A DNA stretch of 60,798 nucleotides, filler included, from Dimargaris cristalligena (taxonomy: Eukaryota), in NCBI GenBank assembly GCA_003614675.1. It is 8 parts of 8 records of this genome, joined end to end, with 100 filler letters (N's around TTAATTAATTAA, not from the genome) between each part and the next. Parts side by side here need not be neighbours in the genome. Positions count along the whole stretch, not along the records: positions 15,266 to 22,790 come from ML003408.1; positions 22,891 to 30,408 come from ML003409.1; positions 30,509 to 38,017 come from ML003410.1; 5 more parts are not named here. One strand, written 5' to 3'. A model generated the notes under the pieces. That model saw only the letters and a program-made list of their open reading frames with translations. It made no database searches and was not told the origin of the DNA. Each line of letters opens with the position of its first letter. The stretch's first letter is position 1. This document shows positions 21,681 through 34,625 of this stretch, piece after piece. Both the position numbers and the translations under genes were made by a program.

Positions 21681-22790
21681 TCCTTTTCTTCCAGTTACCC
21701 ATTCACGATCACAGTTGGCAGTTCTATCAGTGTTTCCCCTATCACAGGTTTTTATAATCTATAACCATTAAGTTTAGATTGTTGCTTATTGTTTAATAAG
21801 TTTGGCCATTTAGTATATATATATCCCAATAAATCCCCCTGTTCAAATATCAAATTGCATCTAACACATTGGAATATATTGTTAAGAACGAGATTGAGCG
21901 GGTGTAGAAGTAATCAGAAAGCTAGCTGTTTTATAAGAGGCTCTAGTAGGATATGAAGATTAATGTAGCGATTGTAGAAAATGGAAGTAAACGTATAGGA
22001 GTAATAGTCATCTGCGGACCCGTCTCTGGGTTAGCCAACTGTTCCTTTTTATACTGGTCTATTTCAAGAACCATTTATGCGCATATAGCCTTGGACAGTG
22101 CTCCTTGGATGGTTCGTACTTTTCATGCGGTCTGGACGGGCCAGCCAGCATTCTTGCGGAGTCTTCAGGGTGTGTCGGGGATAGAGGTGGATATGATATC
22201 ATCGGCGACTTGGTTAGATGTCCGGCTGAACACATTGTCTGGTTGGCGCCGGGTATCCCCGGTGCTACAGTATTAACAAGATCTATATGGGAGAAGTTCA
22301 TTCAGGCTGTATAATGAAAAATCCATTGGATGAGGCCAATATTACTGGTTAAAAGATATTCTCACATATATTCTTCCATACACGTATTATGTAAAACCTT
22401 ATACAGCTGGTTTGAATTTCTCCCATATCAAACCTTCTCAGTACAACTGATGATTCCCAACGAATTCTATTGTTTTATTATATTTTCTATTTTCTGTTTA
22501 ATTATACCTCCCTTATATCAAGTTCGATACATCGTTGAAAAACCCCACGGCGTAGTGATGGAAACCAGTAAGGTACTTCAGAATGGGGAGGATACTTGGC
22601 TTATATTTTAAAACGGTTATTTTTCCAATCGGATAAAATATTTACAAAATATATATTCAAATGCCAAAGTAAAGATGGATTATACCTACAATTCCCACCA
22701 GGAATAATACCCGTAGACCGCGCTAAAGCGCCAGAAAACTATTATGCCGGCACCCTCCAAGTCAGGTCTATTTCGATTAAAAAGCGAATA

Positions 22791-22890
22791 NNNNNNNNNN
22801 NNNNNNNNNNNNNNNNNNNNNNNNNNNNNNNNNNTTAATTAATTAANNNNNNNNNNNNNNNNNNNNNNNNNNNNNNNNNNNNNNNNNNNN
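22791..22890. other. artificial contig linker
   Basis: N44-TTAATTAATTAA-N44. Confidence 0.98.
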
Positions 22891-23074
22891 CGGGCCAATC
22901 ACAGAGATGGAATCAGTGGGACGGGGGAAATGAATTTCCAACAAAAATGTCCAGATTAATAACTGGTGACAATCACTTTGTAGATATTAGACAGTGGGTA
23001 ACTATTCATTATGGTTAGAGCATTATTTTTATTGTAATTATCGACCAAGGGAAATTTATATCCCTGTGGTGATA

Positions 23075-24990
23075 TTTATTAGGTATGTTTCGACCAATCA
23101 GAGGTCTTTTTAAATAGACTACAAACAAACTGATTACACACTCAGGCTGACGTTGTTCTTCACCAGTTTTCACAATGTCTTAAGCCCTTAGTCACCTGGG
23201 ACTTTCTAGGTGAATATGGATGGTAGTTGTGGGTACTGTAGAATAATATACCTTATCGTCCAAATTGACAATGGAGTAGTGTCATTTTACCCTTTTTAAT
23301 GCATTACCCAACAATAAAAATGCAGGGTAATGCAGTCTATTAGCTAGTCAGGGTACCCAATGGGCAATATGGTGCCCCGTGAAGTGATGGGGTATATAGT
23401 TAACTTATGTGAACTTGGGCGGTCAGTTAGAATCATGGAGGCCCTCCTACATATCGCGTCTTGCACCTATACCATTCTTTAATCATCCACAAGACCCAGG
23501 TAATACTTGGTTGGAGGAGACTCTGATAATAAAATTAGCGAATGTAGTCCTCAATTGCTATTCAATCATCTCATCATTTCGTTAGTTTTCTATCTTTATA
23601 ATAACACCTGGCTTGCTTAACCCATGTGTGCATTTCCTGTTGCAATATATCATTCAACAGGGCGACTGCCGTCTGAACCATATTCGGTAGCCTAGAATTG
23701 CAGCACGGCGGCTTTACTAGCTGTGCCGTTGATGCTTTATGATTCTAATCATCTTACACGTAAACATTTTCTAATAAACTGGAAAGGGAGGGAACTGGCT
23801 CAATTTCCCCAGCCCACCATTATGTATATACATTGCAAGAACCTTAAACCATGCAACCACTATTGAGAGGTTGGCATCACTCGTTTTTCCACAAGTCACT
23901 TTCCAAATTTTAAAATATATAAGGAACCGGTGTTCCTAGCAAGCTTTTCCAATATTATCCCCCAATTATATTATTTAGTCAACTACTGTGGACACCAGTT
24001 AGCCTTATTTTAATTATTTTCCGACATCGCTCAACATTTGGCCCTTGCAGCCAAATCGGTTATATAGTCTCCTGCAAACTAGTTTACCAACGTTCCTCTC
24101 GGCAACTCAATTTTCAATATTCAATTGGCTTTTAGCATGCATACATCAGAACCCCTCAGCACTTGGAGTGATCTGAGATGTGGAGGTAGGATTCGTAAAT
24201 AGTAATAATTTTTTAAGTACCGTAAGGATATTTGGTCAGAACCGGTCATCGTACTTCATGCTTGGCATTTTAGTCTGTATTGGGCCAACCGTCTCGCATC
24301 AGTAAACATAAAGCGCCTTGGTCTAACCTATTTCAATTATTATATTAACTACTATAATAATGGGGACAAATATTTTCTCACATCTCGACCATTAATTTCT
24401 TACCATGTCAGATGAGATTGTTATCATCTTTATAGCCAGACCTGACCTGAAATATACAGCCATGTTTATTGAATATATTCCCTTCATCGACGAAGTCGTC
24501 CTGTGTCTTGCCGATGGTTACAGAAGATCATACAGGGCTGGCACGATTCAGTACTATTTGGATTAACAGTCAAAAGTGACGCCTTTCTCGCTCTGAACAA
24601 GGTGCCTAATCCAGACCTGTTTGTCAGCCCACTTGCTTTAACCACCTGACTTTATTGCTCCATGTTAAAGTACCCTTTATCATCTTGTGGATCACACACT
24701 GACTTATAAAAATAAATCAGTCACTAAATGTCCAAACACAAAATATTGTCCACTAATTTTACTACCCAGCATTAGCTAGGTAACTTTCTGGTCAGACAAA
24801 TAATTGCATCCGTTGTTGGGGTGTCAGTCACAACCGGGTTAAAGGTATATGAGCAGTATGGACTACGTTTTGGCAGTCTGGCAAGAGGTGGAGTAGTATC
24901 TATTGACCAATTTTCAGAAATATCAATTCTGATTATCTATCAATTAATCCAGGCTGGGCGGGACATCTGAATCTAGTGGGGAGGAGGCCC
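23075..24990 (+). repeat. tandem segmental duplication copy 1 (copy 2 at ~26343-29017, interrupted by LTR 26397-26982)
   Basis: Colinear blocks, e.g. 24645-24710 vs 28673-28738 match at 54/66 nt. Shared TATATAAGGA boxes near 23916 and 27941. Confidence 0.85.
24137..24566 (+). CDS. orphan microprotein family member 1 (67 aa); exons 24137-24185, 24412-24566
   Basis: The spliced product MHTSEPLSTWSDLRCGDEIVIIFIARPDLKYTAMFIEYIPFIDEVVLCLADGYRRSYRAGTIQYYLD aligns without gaps to the paralog at 28156. TATA box upstream. Confidence 0.75.
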
Positions 24991-25233
24991 CAAACAAACT
25001 GGTGGGATAACCATAGAATCTCATGAAGGATGCTATATTGAGATAGATAAATCAATTTCACCAGCTTAGAATAGAAAGGAAGCAAGAATTAAGCTTAACA
25101 CAGTGGTATTTATTGGGTATAATCTTGACTAATAAGATCCCTCAAAATACCCAGCACAGTGGATGGTACTCGTGGGGAGATGCAGTCACCCATTTAGTAT
25201 GGTCAAGGGTTTTTTTTTATTTGGAGATATCAA

Positions 25234-25818
25234 TGTTACCCAGGTTTACCACTCTTAGTCCATTAAGAGTCCTGGGGGTAGGCTTCTAATGGTAGGTAGG
25301 GCTTTAGGCTCAGCCAAGCAGGCTACTAGCATTAGGTATAGGGTACAGTACTAACTAATAAAGGCCTAGACAATTAGTTATGTAAGGGACGTGCAGCAGG
25401 CACACTTACAGGTTAGTACAAGGGGGTGAGCATATATAGAGTTTATTTGAGTAAACTAGGGGGTAAGAATAAGCTAAGGAACCTAACTGGTCCCAATGGG
25501 GCCTGGTTATATATGTGTAAGGGACAACTCCAGAGGGAGGTCCCCAGAGGAGAATACTACTAAGACTAAAGTATGGTAGAATAGGCCAACTGGATAACCA
25601 TTAGGTCCTAGAAGACTCTAATGGTAACTGGAAGAGTCTTTGGATTAGCAATTGAGTAATTAGTGCAAAGAGGCAGAGTCTGGAAGGGGAATAGTTATAT
25701 GATATAGGGTAATCCCATAGTACCAGGAGTGACTATGGGAAGGTTAACATGGTGCTATAAGGCCTAATAAGGGCAGTCAGCCTGGTGTCCAGATTAAGGT
25801 GGATTAGAAGGGCTGACA
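25234..25818 (+). mobile_element. family-B solo LTR with 5-bp TSD ATCAA
   Basis: TGTTACCC...GCTGACA, with ATCAA at 25229-25233 and 25819-25823. Confidence 0.9.
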
Positions 25819-26396
25819 ATCAACCAAGGGAAATGTAGACCCCTATTATTATTAATAGAGGGTTATCCAAGTACCTAGCATTAACCAAACAGTCCATTGA
25901 GCTGGGCCTATGATTGGAGTAGAGCTACCCCTTGTTGAGTAGTGCCCCAGTGAAGGAGAGCCTGGAAATGTTACCAGGGCCAACTTTGCCAAAACTGCAC
26001 TAACCCCATCATTTAGGGCTAACACCCCAGACTATTATAATGTAGTACTTAAATCCACCTCCAGACCAGACCTAGGCAAAGGCCTCAACATAGTTAACAG
26101 AAGTTTTTGCTTACACTTCTTCTTTGCTTAGACCTAAAATCCTCCAATATTAAAGGAAGGACCAATTAAGTATAATAATAGTCCACAGATGACTATGATC
26201 CCATTTGCTTACCATAGCTACCTAACTATTCCACTCTTTCCAATACCTACCATTATGTGTATTAAATAAAGGTATATATTAAATCTCCTCCTATGCATTA
26301 CTATTTGTACACACTCATTCACCCACTCTATAATATAATAATATTTATTATGTGCACTTTGACCAATTTGATGTATTTATAGCTATAACTTATAAG

Positions 26397-26982
26397 TATT
26401 GGCCCTCCTAATCCACCTTAATCTGGACACTAGGCTGACTGCCCTTATTAGGCCTTATAGCACCATATTAACCTTCCCATGGTCACCCCTAGTACTATGG
26501 GATTACCCTATATCATATAACCCTTCCCCTTCTGGACTCCAGCTCTTCATACTCATCACTCAGCATGCTGATCCAAAGATTCTTCCAGTTACCATTAGAG
26601 TCTTCCAGATCCTAGTAGCCATCCAGTTAGCCTATTCTCACTATATACCTTAGTTACCCATAGTCTTCCCTTGGGACCCCCCTCTGGAGTTGTCCCCACA
26701 TATATATAACCAGGCCCCCTTGGGACCAGTTAGATTACTTAGCTTATTCTTACCCCCTAGTTTACCTCAATTAACTCTATATATACTCACCCCCTCATAT
26801 TAACTAGTAAGTGTACCCACTGCACATCCCTTGCATAACTAATCACCTAGGCCTTTATTGGTTAGTACTGTACCCTATACCTAACACTAGTAGCCCGCTT
26901 GGCTGAGTCTCAAGCCCCACCTACCATTAGAAGCCTATCCCTGGGACTCCTAACAGACTAAGAGTGGTAAACCCAGGCAACA
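26397..26982 (-). mobile_element. family-B solo LTR, inverted relative to 25234-25818
   Basis: Reverse-complement match over the full length. Flanks ATAAG/ATAAT give a 4/5 TSD. Confidence 0.85.
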
Positions 26983-28155
26983 ATAATAATAATGGTTTTA
27001 TTCCTAGAATTAGATGGACCTTTACCAGTATGCACAATGCCTTGAACCCTTAGTTATCTGGTACTTTCTAGATGGATATAGATAGTAGCTGTGGGAGCCA
27101 TATAGCAATGCATAATGCCATCCAAACTGATACTGGAATGGTAACATTTTACCTTCCCAATGACATTGTCCAAAAGTAAAAATGCCGGGATAAATAGCCT
27201 GCTGACTAGTTGGGGAATCCAGTAGACAATGTAGTACCCTATAAAGTAAGGTGGCATCAAATTAACTTCCATGAACTTGGGTAGTTAGGGTGAATAGTGG
27301 GGATCCCCATACTTATTATGTTTTACGCCTATACCGTTCTTTAATTGTTCACACAATCTAGGCCATACTTCCATGGAGGAGGCCTTTGTGATATGGTGCA
27401 CTAATATAGTTTATAATAAGCATTTGATCAAACCATTGTTACGTTGGCACTCTTTCTTTCTAACAGATTTTGAATGGTCTAACCCATCCACATGTTTCCC
27501 GTTGGAATATATCTGGAAAGGCAGTGGTTGCCCTCCGAGCAATATTCAATATCCCTAAATTATGGTGTGGCGGTTTTTATAGCTGTGTCGTTGATGCTTT
27601 ATGATTCTTATCATCCCATACGTAAGCGCTTTTCCTTAAACCATAATGGGAATACATTGACTCGATTTCCAAAGGCAACCAACATAATTGCACTACCTCT
27701 TTATTAGATACGGTAACAATAGAATTGGTGAAACAGAATTTGGCTAACAAAGGCCTTTATTGGTGAAGCGCTTTCTTTTTTAGATTCTTAGAATAGGTAC
27801 CATCCGTTAGGTAGGGAAGTCGCTGATTCATGGGCAAGTTATTATGTGTGAACATATTGTAAGAACCTTAAACCATACAACCGCCATTAGTATTATTGCA
27901 TCACCTGTTCTCCCATAAGACACTTTCCAAAATCCCGACATATATAAGGAGGTGACTGTTCTTACAAGGCCAGCCAATGTCATTTTCCAACTATATTATT
28001 CAGTCAACTACTGTGAACACCCACTAACCATCTTTTAATTCTCGTCTGTCGTCACTCAAAGTCCGCTCCTCGTGTCAGATTCGACTGTATAGCCTCCTGC
28101 AAACCAGTTCACCAACGTTACCCTCAGCAACCCGATATCCGACCTGCTTTTTAGC

Positions 28156-28591
28156 ATGCCTGCATTAATTTTCCGGGATGACTGGGAATCTCTGGCGAAA
28201 GGAGGTAAGAATCGTACATGGGAGGTGGGGGGGGATGTTATTTAAGAGCTGTATGAATATTTGGTCATAATTGACCTTCATAATTCAATTTGACATTAAA
28301 ATTTTTATCGGACCAACTGCCTTGCGACAGTGTTCATAATTCGCCTAGGTCAAACCTAATCCAACTATTATATTCAATACAGTAATACCGGGGCTAACAG
28401 CCCACTTACTTCTAGATTTTTTTCTTCTTATTTTACCAGCTTCTATCTCATTCATTTTTAAGGACAAGCCTCAAGAGACACGTAATGCTATATTCTATGA
28501 ATATACAGACTTATCAGAAAAAGTCGTCCTGTGTTTTCCGGATGGTCACGTGCATGAATACGCCTCGAGCTCAGTTGCATTTTGGGTCTAG
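28156..28591 (+). CDS. orphan microprotein family member 2 (66 aa); exons 28156-28204, 28440-28591
   Basis: GTAAGA donor, GCTAAC branch and CCAG acceptor give MPALIFRDDWESLAKGASISFIFKDKPQETRNAIFYEYTDLSEKVVLCFPDGHVHEYASSSVAFWV. Confidence 0.78.
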
Positions 28592-29501
28592 TAACATTCA
28601 AGAGATTGGCCTAACTCCCTCTGATTAACGAGTCTAGTTTCAAACCGTTTGTCAGTCGGGGTGCTTCACCTGCCTGATTTTATTGCTCCGTAATAAAATT
28701 CACTTTATCACCTTGTTGATCACGCGCTGATTTATAAACGCGAATCAATCACTGAATGCCCAAACAAAAAATAACGTCCACTAATGTTGCTACCCATCAT
28801 TATCAAGGTGATTCGCGGATCAGACAACTAACTATGCCTGTCACTGGGGTGTCAGTCGCGAGGGTTAGAGGGATGGGGACAGTTTAGGCTGTATTTTGAC
28901 AGTCTGGTAAGATGTAAATAATATACAATTGACCAATCATCAGAAATAGCTCTTTCAACTATCTATCAGTTAATCCAGGCGGAGTGTGATATCCGAATCT
29001 GACGGCGAGGAGGCACAGAATTCAAAAATGGGGTTAGGCCAAATGTTGAGAAGGGATAGCCATCTTTAATTATTCACCAATAACCATTAGCTATATTTTT
29101 TTACCCATGCACATTGGCCATACAGAGTTGCAAATGTTCACTAGCCACATTTATTGGTACACCCATTACACATATCGCATTGGCTGAATTGGATTCCTAT
29201 CACTTGAGCTGTACAACCGAAACATTGAAAATATAGATATTTGGCTGAAAAAACCAGATCGTGCTTATGTCCTATGCAAAGAAAATGATGATAAAAGGAC
29301 GGGCCAATCTCCCCTTTGTCTTCATCCAAACAACTCACCCACCTCATCTGTTTATCCATTTCTCATTTTCATTATACCTTAACTGTCGTGGTAAGTATTG
29401 CCACACCCTCGGCAGGATTTCGCAGACTTGTTTTCGACAAAACGCCTTTCATTGTTCCTATATCCACCCCACCCACCCCCACCCTTTCACTCTCCAAAGT
29501 A

Positions 29502-30122
29502 ATGGCTGAACCAATTGTTGGTGAAACCGACTGGACGATGGCAGTTCAAATGTCCTGTAGTCCCCCATTGCCAATCATGGGCACTCTATTGCCCAATCAA
29601 TATAAAAATACCTCGCCTAACCTACCCCAGGGTATCGGTGGCCAAAGTGAAAATTAGCTTCGAGTTTGGCAAAAAGCTCTAGAAATATTTTTCGATGGTT
29701 CGGAGTTTGTTAGCACTGCTCACTCTGACCCTAACGATCCCAATTGGCCGGCTACTTTAGCATTATTTCAAAATAAAGATCTGTTACAAATTGGCACCTT
29801 TAATACTGAGCAAGTCCAGGCTCCATCTGGGCCATAAGCTAGCTCCAGCTTGGTGATTCAACTTATTGGATTTCAACCAGGGCAAACTGGTACTAACAAC
29901 TAATGTCAATCCTTCACTCCACCTTTAAAACAGATCCCCCAATATTCAACCCTCTCAGCCTACCCAACCATCAACAAGATCATTGAGAAGTGCTGCATTA
30001 TTTTGGGCCAGGCATTCTCTCGGCAACACCTAAAAGTGATGTCCTTGCAGAAGTTCAAGGACCAAGTGACATGTTCCTTAAGTGAGCATAGATTAAAACT
30101 TTTTAAAGATATGTGTTTAGTC
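29502..30122 (+). pseudogene. probable decayed gene of unknown family, truncated by an LTR
   Basis: One frame runs ~207 codons from ATG 29502 with only three stops in AT-rich DNA and ends at the family-B LTR. Confidence 0.35.
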
Positions 30123-30408
30123 TATCACCCGGGTTAACCTCTCTTAGTCCATCAAGAGTCCTGAGGATAGGCTACTAGCATTAGGATGGGGGTGTAGTAC
30201 TAACTAATAAAGGACAGATACAGGTAAATACCAGGGATGTGCAGTGGGTACACTTACTAGTTAGTATGGGGGGGTGGGTGAGTATATATAGAGTTTATTG
30301 GGGTAAACTAAGGGGTAGGGATATACTAAGGAATCAAACCAGTCCCAGTGGGGCCTGGTTATATATACACAGGGACAGCTCCAGAGGGAGGTCCCAAGGG
30401 AAATACTA
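30123..30408 (+). mobile_element. family-B LTR, cut by the contig end
   Basis: TATCACCCGGGTTAACCTCTCTTAGTCC... matches the other family-B starts. Confidence 0.8.
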
Positions 30409-30508
30409 NNNNNNNNNNNNNNNNNNNNNNNNNNNNNNNNNNNNNNNNNNNNTTAATTAATTAANNNNNNNNNNNNNNNNNNNNNNNNNNNNNNNNNNNN
30501 NNNNNNNN
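30409..30508. other. artificial contig linker
   Basis: N44-TTAATTAATTAA-N44. Confidence 0.98.
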
Positions 30509-30702
30509 TATGCATCTATCTTTTCATTTAGGCTTCCTCTTTCAAGTATAAATACTCCCCCTTGCTACCACCTCTTGGAACAGTAAGTCTATTATTACCT
30601 TTCCCTTCTTATTATCTATTTTTCAAATAAAGTTTAGTTTTTAAGGATTTGATTTCAGTTCTTTACACCACAGTATCCACTTGGTTATCAACTATCACAA
30701 CA
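30509..30702 (+). mobile_element. 3' part of a family-A LTR
   Basis: Ends CTATCACAACA, a 10/11 inverted match to the LTR start TGTTGTGGTAG. Contains TATAAATA and AATAAA and matches 7637-7788. Confidence 0.7.
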
Positions 30703-30931
30703 TTACACATTTCCTATCAAAAATAGGTACATAACACTTGACCTACCCAAAATAAAAGTATCCACTGTTACAGTAGTACAACCCTATATGGCCTCTACTG
30801 AATATTGTTAGCCTGTTTTTGATAATTGAGCAGACCAACCAAATGGATAGGAGGTGTCACCCCAATCTAGTTAATAATAGGAATATGTGTCCAATTTTGA
30901 TGGATTGCCTCTATCATAAACATATAGGCAG

Positions 30932-31512
30932 TGTCACTTGGGTTAACCACTCTTAGTCTGTCAAGAGCCCTAAGGATAGGCTTCTAATAGTAGGTGGGGC
31001 TTAGACTCGGCCAAGTGGGCTACTAGCATTAGGACAGGGGTGTAGTATTAACAAATAAAGGACAGATGTAGGGAAATGTCAGGGATATGTAGCAGGTGCA
31101 CTTACTAGTTGGTACAAGGGGGGTGAATGTATATAAGGTTTATTGAGGTAAACTGGGGGATATGAATAAGCTAAGGTTTGAACCAGTCCCAGGAGGGTCT
31201 GGTTATATATACATGGGGATGGCTCCAGAGGGAGGTCCCAAGGGAAATACTACTAAGACTAAGGTATGGAAGTAAAGAATCCAATTGGACAACTTCACAT
31301 TGGGAAGACTCTTATGGGAACTGGAAGAGTCTTGGATCAGTGAGTTGAGTGTTTAGGGTGCAAAGTATTGGGGTTGAATTGGTGGGGTTATATAATAAAA
31401 GGTGACCCCATAGGACCAGGGGTGACTATGGGAGGGTTAATATGGCACTATAAGGCCTAATAAGGACAGGTGATTGTTAGGTCTGGATTAAGTTGGATTA
31501 GGAGGGCCAACA
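30932..31512 (+). mobile_element. family-B solo LTR
   Basis: TGTCAC...GGCCAACA. Flanks GGCAG/GGTAG give a 4/5 TSD. Confidence 0.85.
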
Positions 31513-32309
31513 GGTAGGTTAGGTAGATATATTCAGTAGATATATTATTAAAAGTACAATTGGATAACTATTTTATTTTGGTCCTATGGGATCAGCCAGG
31601 ATGTAGTAAGAAATTGACAACTGTGGATATATGTCCAGTTGCAAAAGAGATAGGGCCTCAATAATCAAAAATCATCTCCTGATTTAATGAGTTATATTGG
31701 TGGAGCAGGCTAGCCAATTTCAGCTATGGGCATCAATGTGGGTGAGGGACTGTGGGGAAGGTCAGTGTAGTTTCTGACATTACCTAGTTTCTCATTCTTT
31801 GTCCAAAGTATCAGATAAGTGAATTTAATGAGTAGGTTTTTATTTAAGAATGTACAGCACAAATATGATAAAGGAAGATATAAGTAGTAGGAACACTAGT
31901 AAACTAAGGGGTTAATGGTTTCCTGACTGAATACCCTTTATTTAGTCAGATAAATTCTATCATATAGAGGTTAGGATACTGGTTATGTATAATGTTGGAA
32001 TCCTAAGGACATAAAGAAAATAAAACTGGAAGTAAGGGAAGAAAGTAGCTAGAGAACAGTAGGTGCCTCTAGGTGGTTAGTTTTATTGAACTGTAATTTT
32101 GATGGGGTGAAATATAAGTGGCTAATATAAATAATCTTATAATAGTAGAATAAACTAACATAATTGGGTGAAATAGGATAGGATAAAGAACATGTAGGAA
32201 CATATTCTTCAATATGTAATGGTCAGCCTGTTGGTTTGGAACCTGCCATTGGCCTTGTATTCTGGTGAACTTCATATGTTAGTCTCACTACCACGTGTAG
32301 GTGAGTTCG

Positions 32310-32938
32310 TTATTCTTCAGTGGCTGGGGTGTCTGAATGACCAGGTCCCTGGTTGTTTGGATTCCTGGCCATGTTGTCATCTTGCGAGGATACTACCAGG
32401 TTGCAATTAGCAGGGCTAGTACCAGCCACCGGAGTGGATTCCACATTTACCTCATCCACCAGGATAGAAGTACCAGGAGAAATAGATATAATAATAGCCA
32501 AGGGTTTTATGGTAGTAGTGACTCCTTCTGGACCTTCCATGGTAAGTGTATGGGCCTCCTTGTCTATTTTGATAACAGTGCCATCGAACCACGTCCCGGG
32601 ATCTACACGAAATGCATATTGGAAATAGACTAGCCATCCGGGAATAAATTAAGGTGCGGACCAACGTGTAGTTAGATATTGATACGTGAATACATAGCAA
32701 TAGCACATGTGGTATTAGTACTCTCATTTATCTCACCATGTTTAACCAGCCTAGTCGAGTATAATATATAAATAGAGAAGGGAGTGAAACAATCCGTGGA
32801 GGATTGGGGCTGGATAAAGTGACAATGTCTTTGGAATTTAATGCCAGAATCGGTAATAGTCATAATATAATAAGAGTTCACTGCCTTACGGTCGATGGAT
32901 GCTTGCTTCCAAATGCCAGAATCTTGTTGAAGGTACAT
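32310..32938 (-). CDS. orphan microprotein family member 3 with C-terminal extension (122 aa); exons 32938-32890, 32629-32310
   Basis: 49-nt first exon, GTAAGG donor, CTAAC branch and CTAG acceptor. The product MYLQQDSGIWKQASIDLYFQYAFRVDPGTWFDGTVIKIDKEAHTLTMEGPEGVTTTIKPLAII... shares W10, F23, P27 and (D/E)G51-52 with members 1 and 2. Confidence 0.65.
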
Positions 32939-34625
32939 AGTACTTTGCGATACGGCTACAAATATGGTTGGTGAGCGGCAGGGTAAGATAGTGAGTTATT
33001 GAACTAGACCGGAAGGTTCGGCTGAAGCGAGTCGAGGGTATTCGATTGTCAAAGAAGTGGAGTGTAAGTATGAGGTTAATTATCTACTTACTATTTTCTA
33101 CGGTGTGGTGGTATGGGTTATATACAAATTAAGCTAGACTTGATCGTCAAGGCTAGACCAGCCGAAAAATTTAGCAAGTAATGTAATGTATCTAAAGTTA
33201 AAGTATCAATTGATTCCATAAGTGCCGTTTAAAATGCCAGGCATTGTTGTCGTGCTTAATAATAAATAAGATTAAAGCCGACTAACTATGAAGGACTAGG
33301 CGCCATCATCGCCTAGTTCCATTGGCGAAGCGCGGATACTCGGTCTTGTTTAAGGACCACCTTCCTTCAGCCATTCCCGCCATGCGATTCACATACTCCA
33401 TATATCCCCTTCATTATATACCCATATATTATTAGATATCCTTTATACAACTATCTAGTGGCGTCTTCCAGCATCTTCTATGCTGGTTCAAAGCCTTTAT
33501 TATTGGTCTACTCGGCTATGTAAAGCTGGGCCAATTCCTATAGTTATTATTATCTTATTAATTACCACTTACTCTATACCCCCTTTTATAATTAACTCGA
33601 TCCATTTGATACTCCCATATTTCTTATCTATAAAGTTCCCTTCGCGTCAACTGCTTGTGTGGTATCTTTTGTATACTCGCCCGAGGCGTAGACACTTAAT
33701 CATCCCTTGGATTATTGCCTACGACACCCATTCTACTATATTCCTGGCATGTTCCTGGCATTGCTATCTCGATACGTCCCGTTTAAGTGCACCTCCAATT
33801 AGCTCCTCGCAATATGGTATTCTTATACTGAAATTCCCCTGTATTGTTAGGAGAATTCCCCATATGGACTCAGATATGACGTTAGGATGGCTAACCACCA
33901 CAGCCGAAGCCGATATAGTTATATTTATGGTTATCGAATTAATCACTAAGTACACCTTTGCTTTTACGTGCCTCTTTTCTATTTAAAACCCAGCCTTGAG
34001 AGACTATTGCCCAAGCACTCTAGTTTGGGCAGCCAACGTTAGTCAAAGCGATCTTGATCCAATTTGGATAAATTTGATAGCCCCTGGCCCCTTACTTTAC
34101 TATTGATAGCCATTGTACTATGGTCATCTTTAGCCACGCGGACTACATCTGCCCCACACTAAAGTTACTGAAAGCAGTCGCCGCGGGTCTTTGTCTTTCT
34201 ACTTGCGTGACAAGTATTGGTTCTCGATTATTTCTTAAATTACTGTAAATACCATCCCTGCCATTACACTAAACTGGCTGTGAATGCGTAACACAGCCAT
34301 TATGATTGTGCCTACGCCATTCATCTAGCTATTAGCGATAACTGCCTTATTGCTCACTTTTTATTAATATAGTCCCTTTATAATCACAATTTCCTTTTTT
34401 TTGTCCTAGCATTAAACTAGTGGTATAAAAATATCCCGTCCTCTGTCCTCCATACACTATTCTTACACATATTTTTAATTACCGCTCGCACCCCTACCAC
34501 CAAAATAGCCTTGCACATTTATGAGTGGGTTAAAATGGGGTCCATAGGGCCTTAATAGGGGTAAATACATATAAAAAGCAGATATTACGAAGGAATACCC
34601 CAAAGACTGTTGGAGGTTTGAGTGA

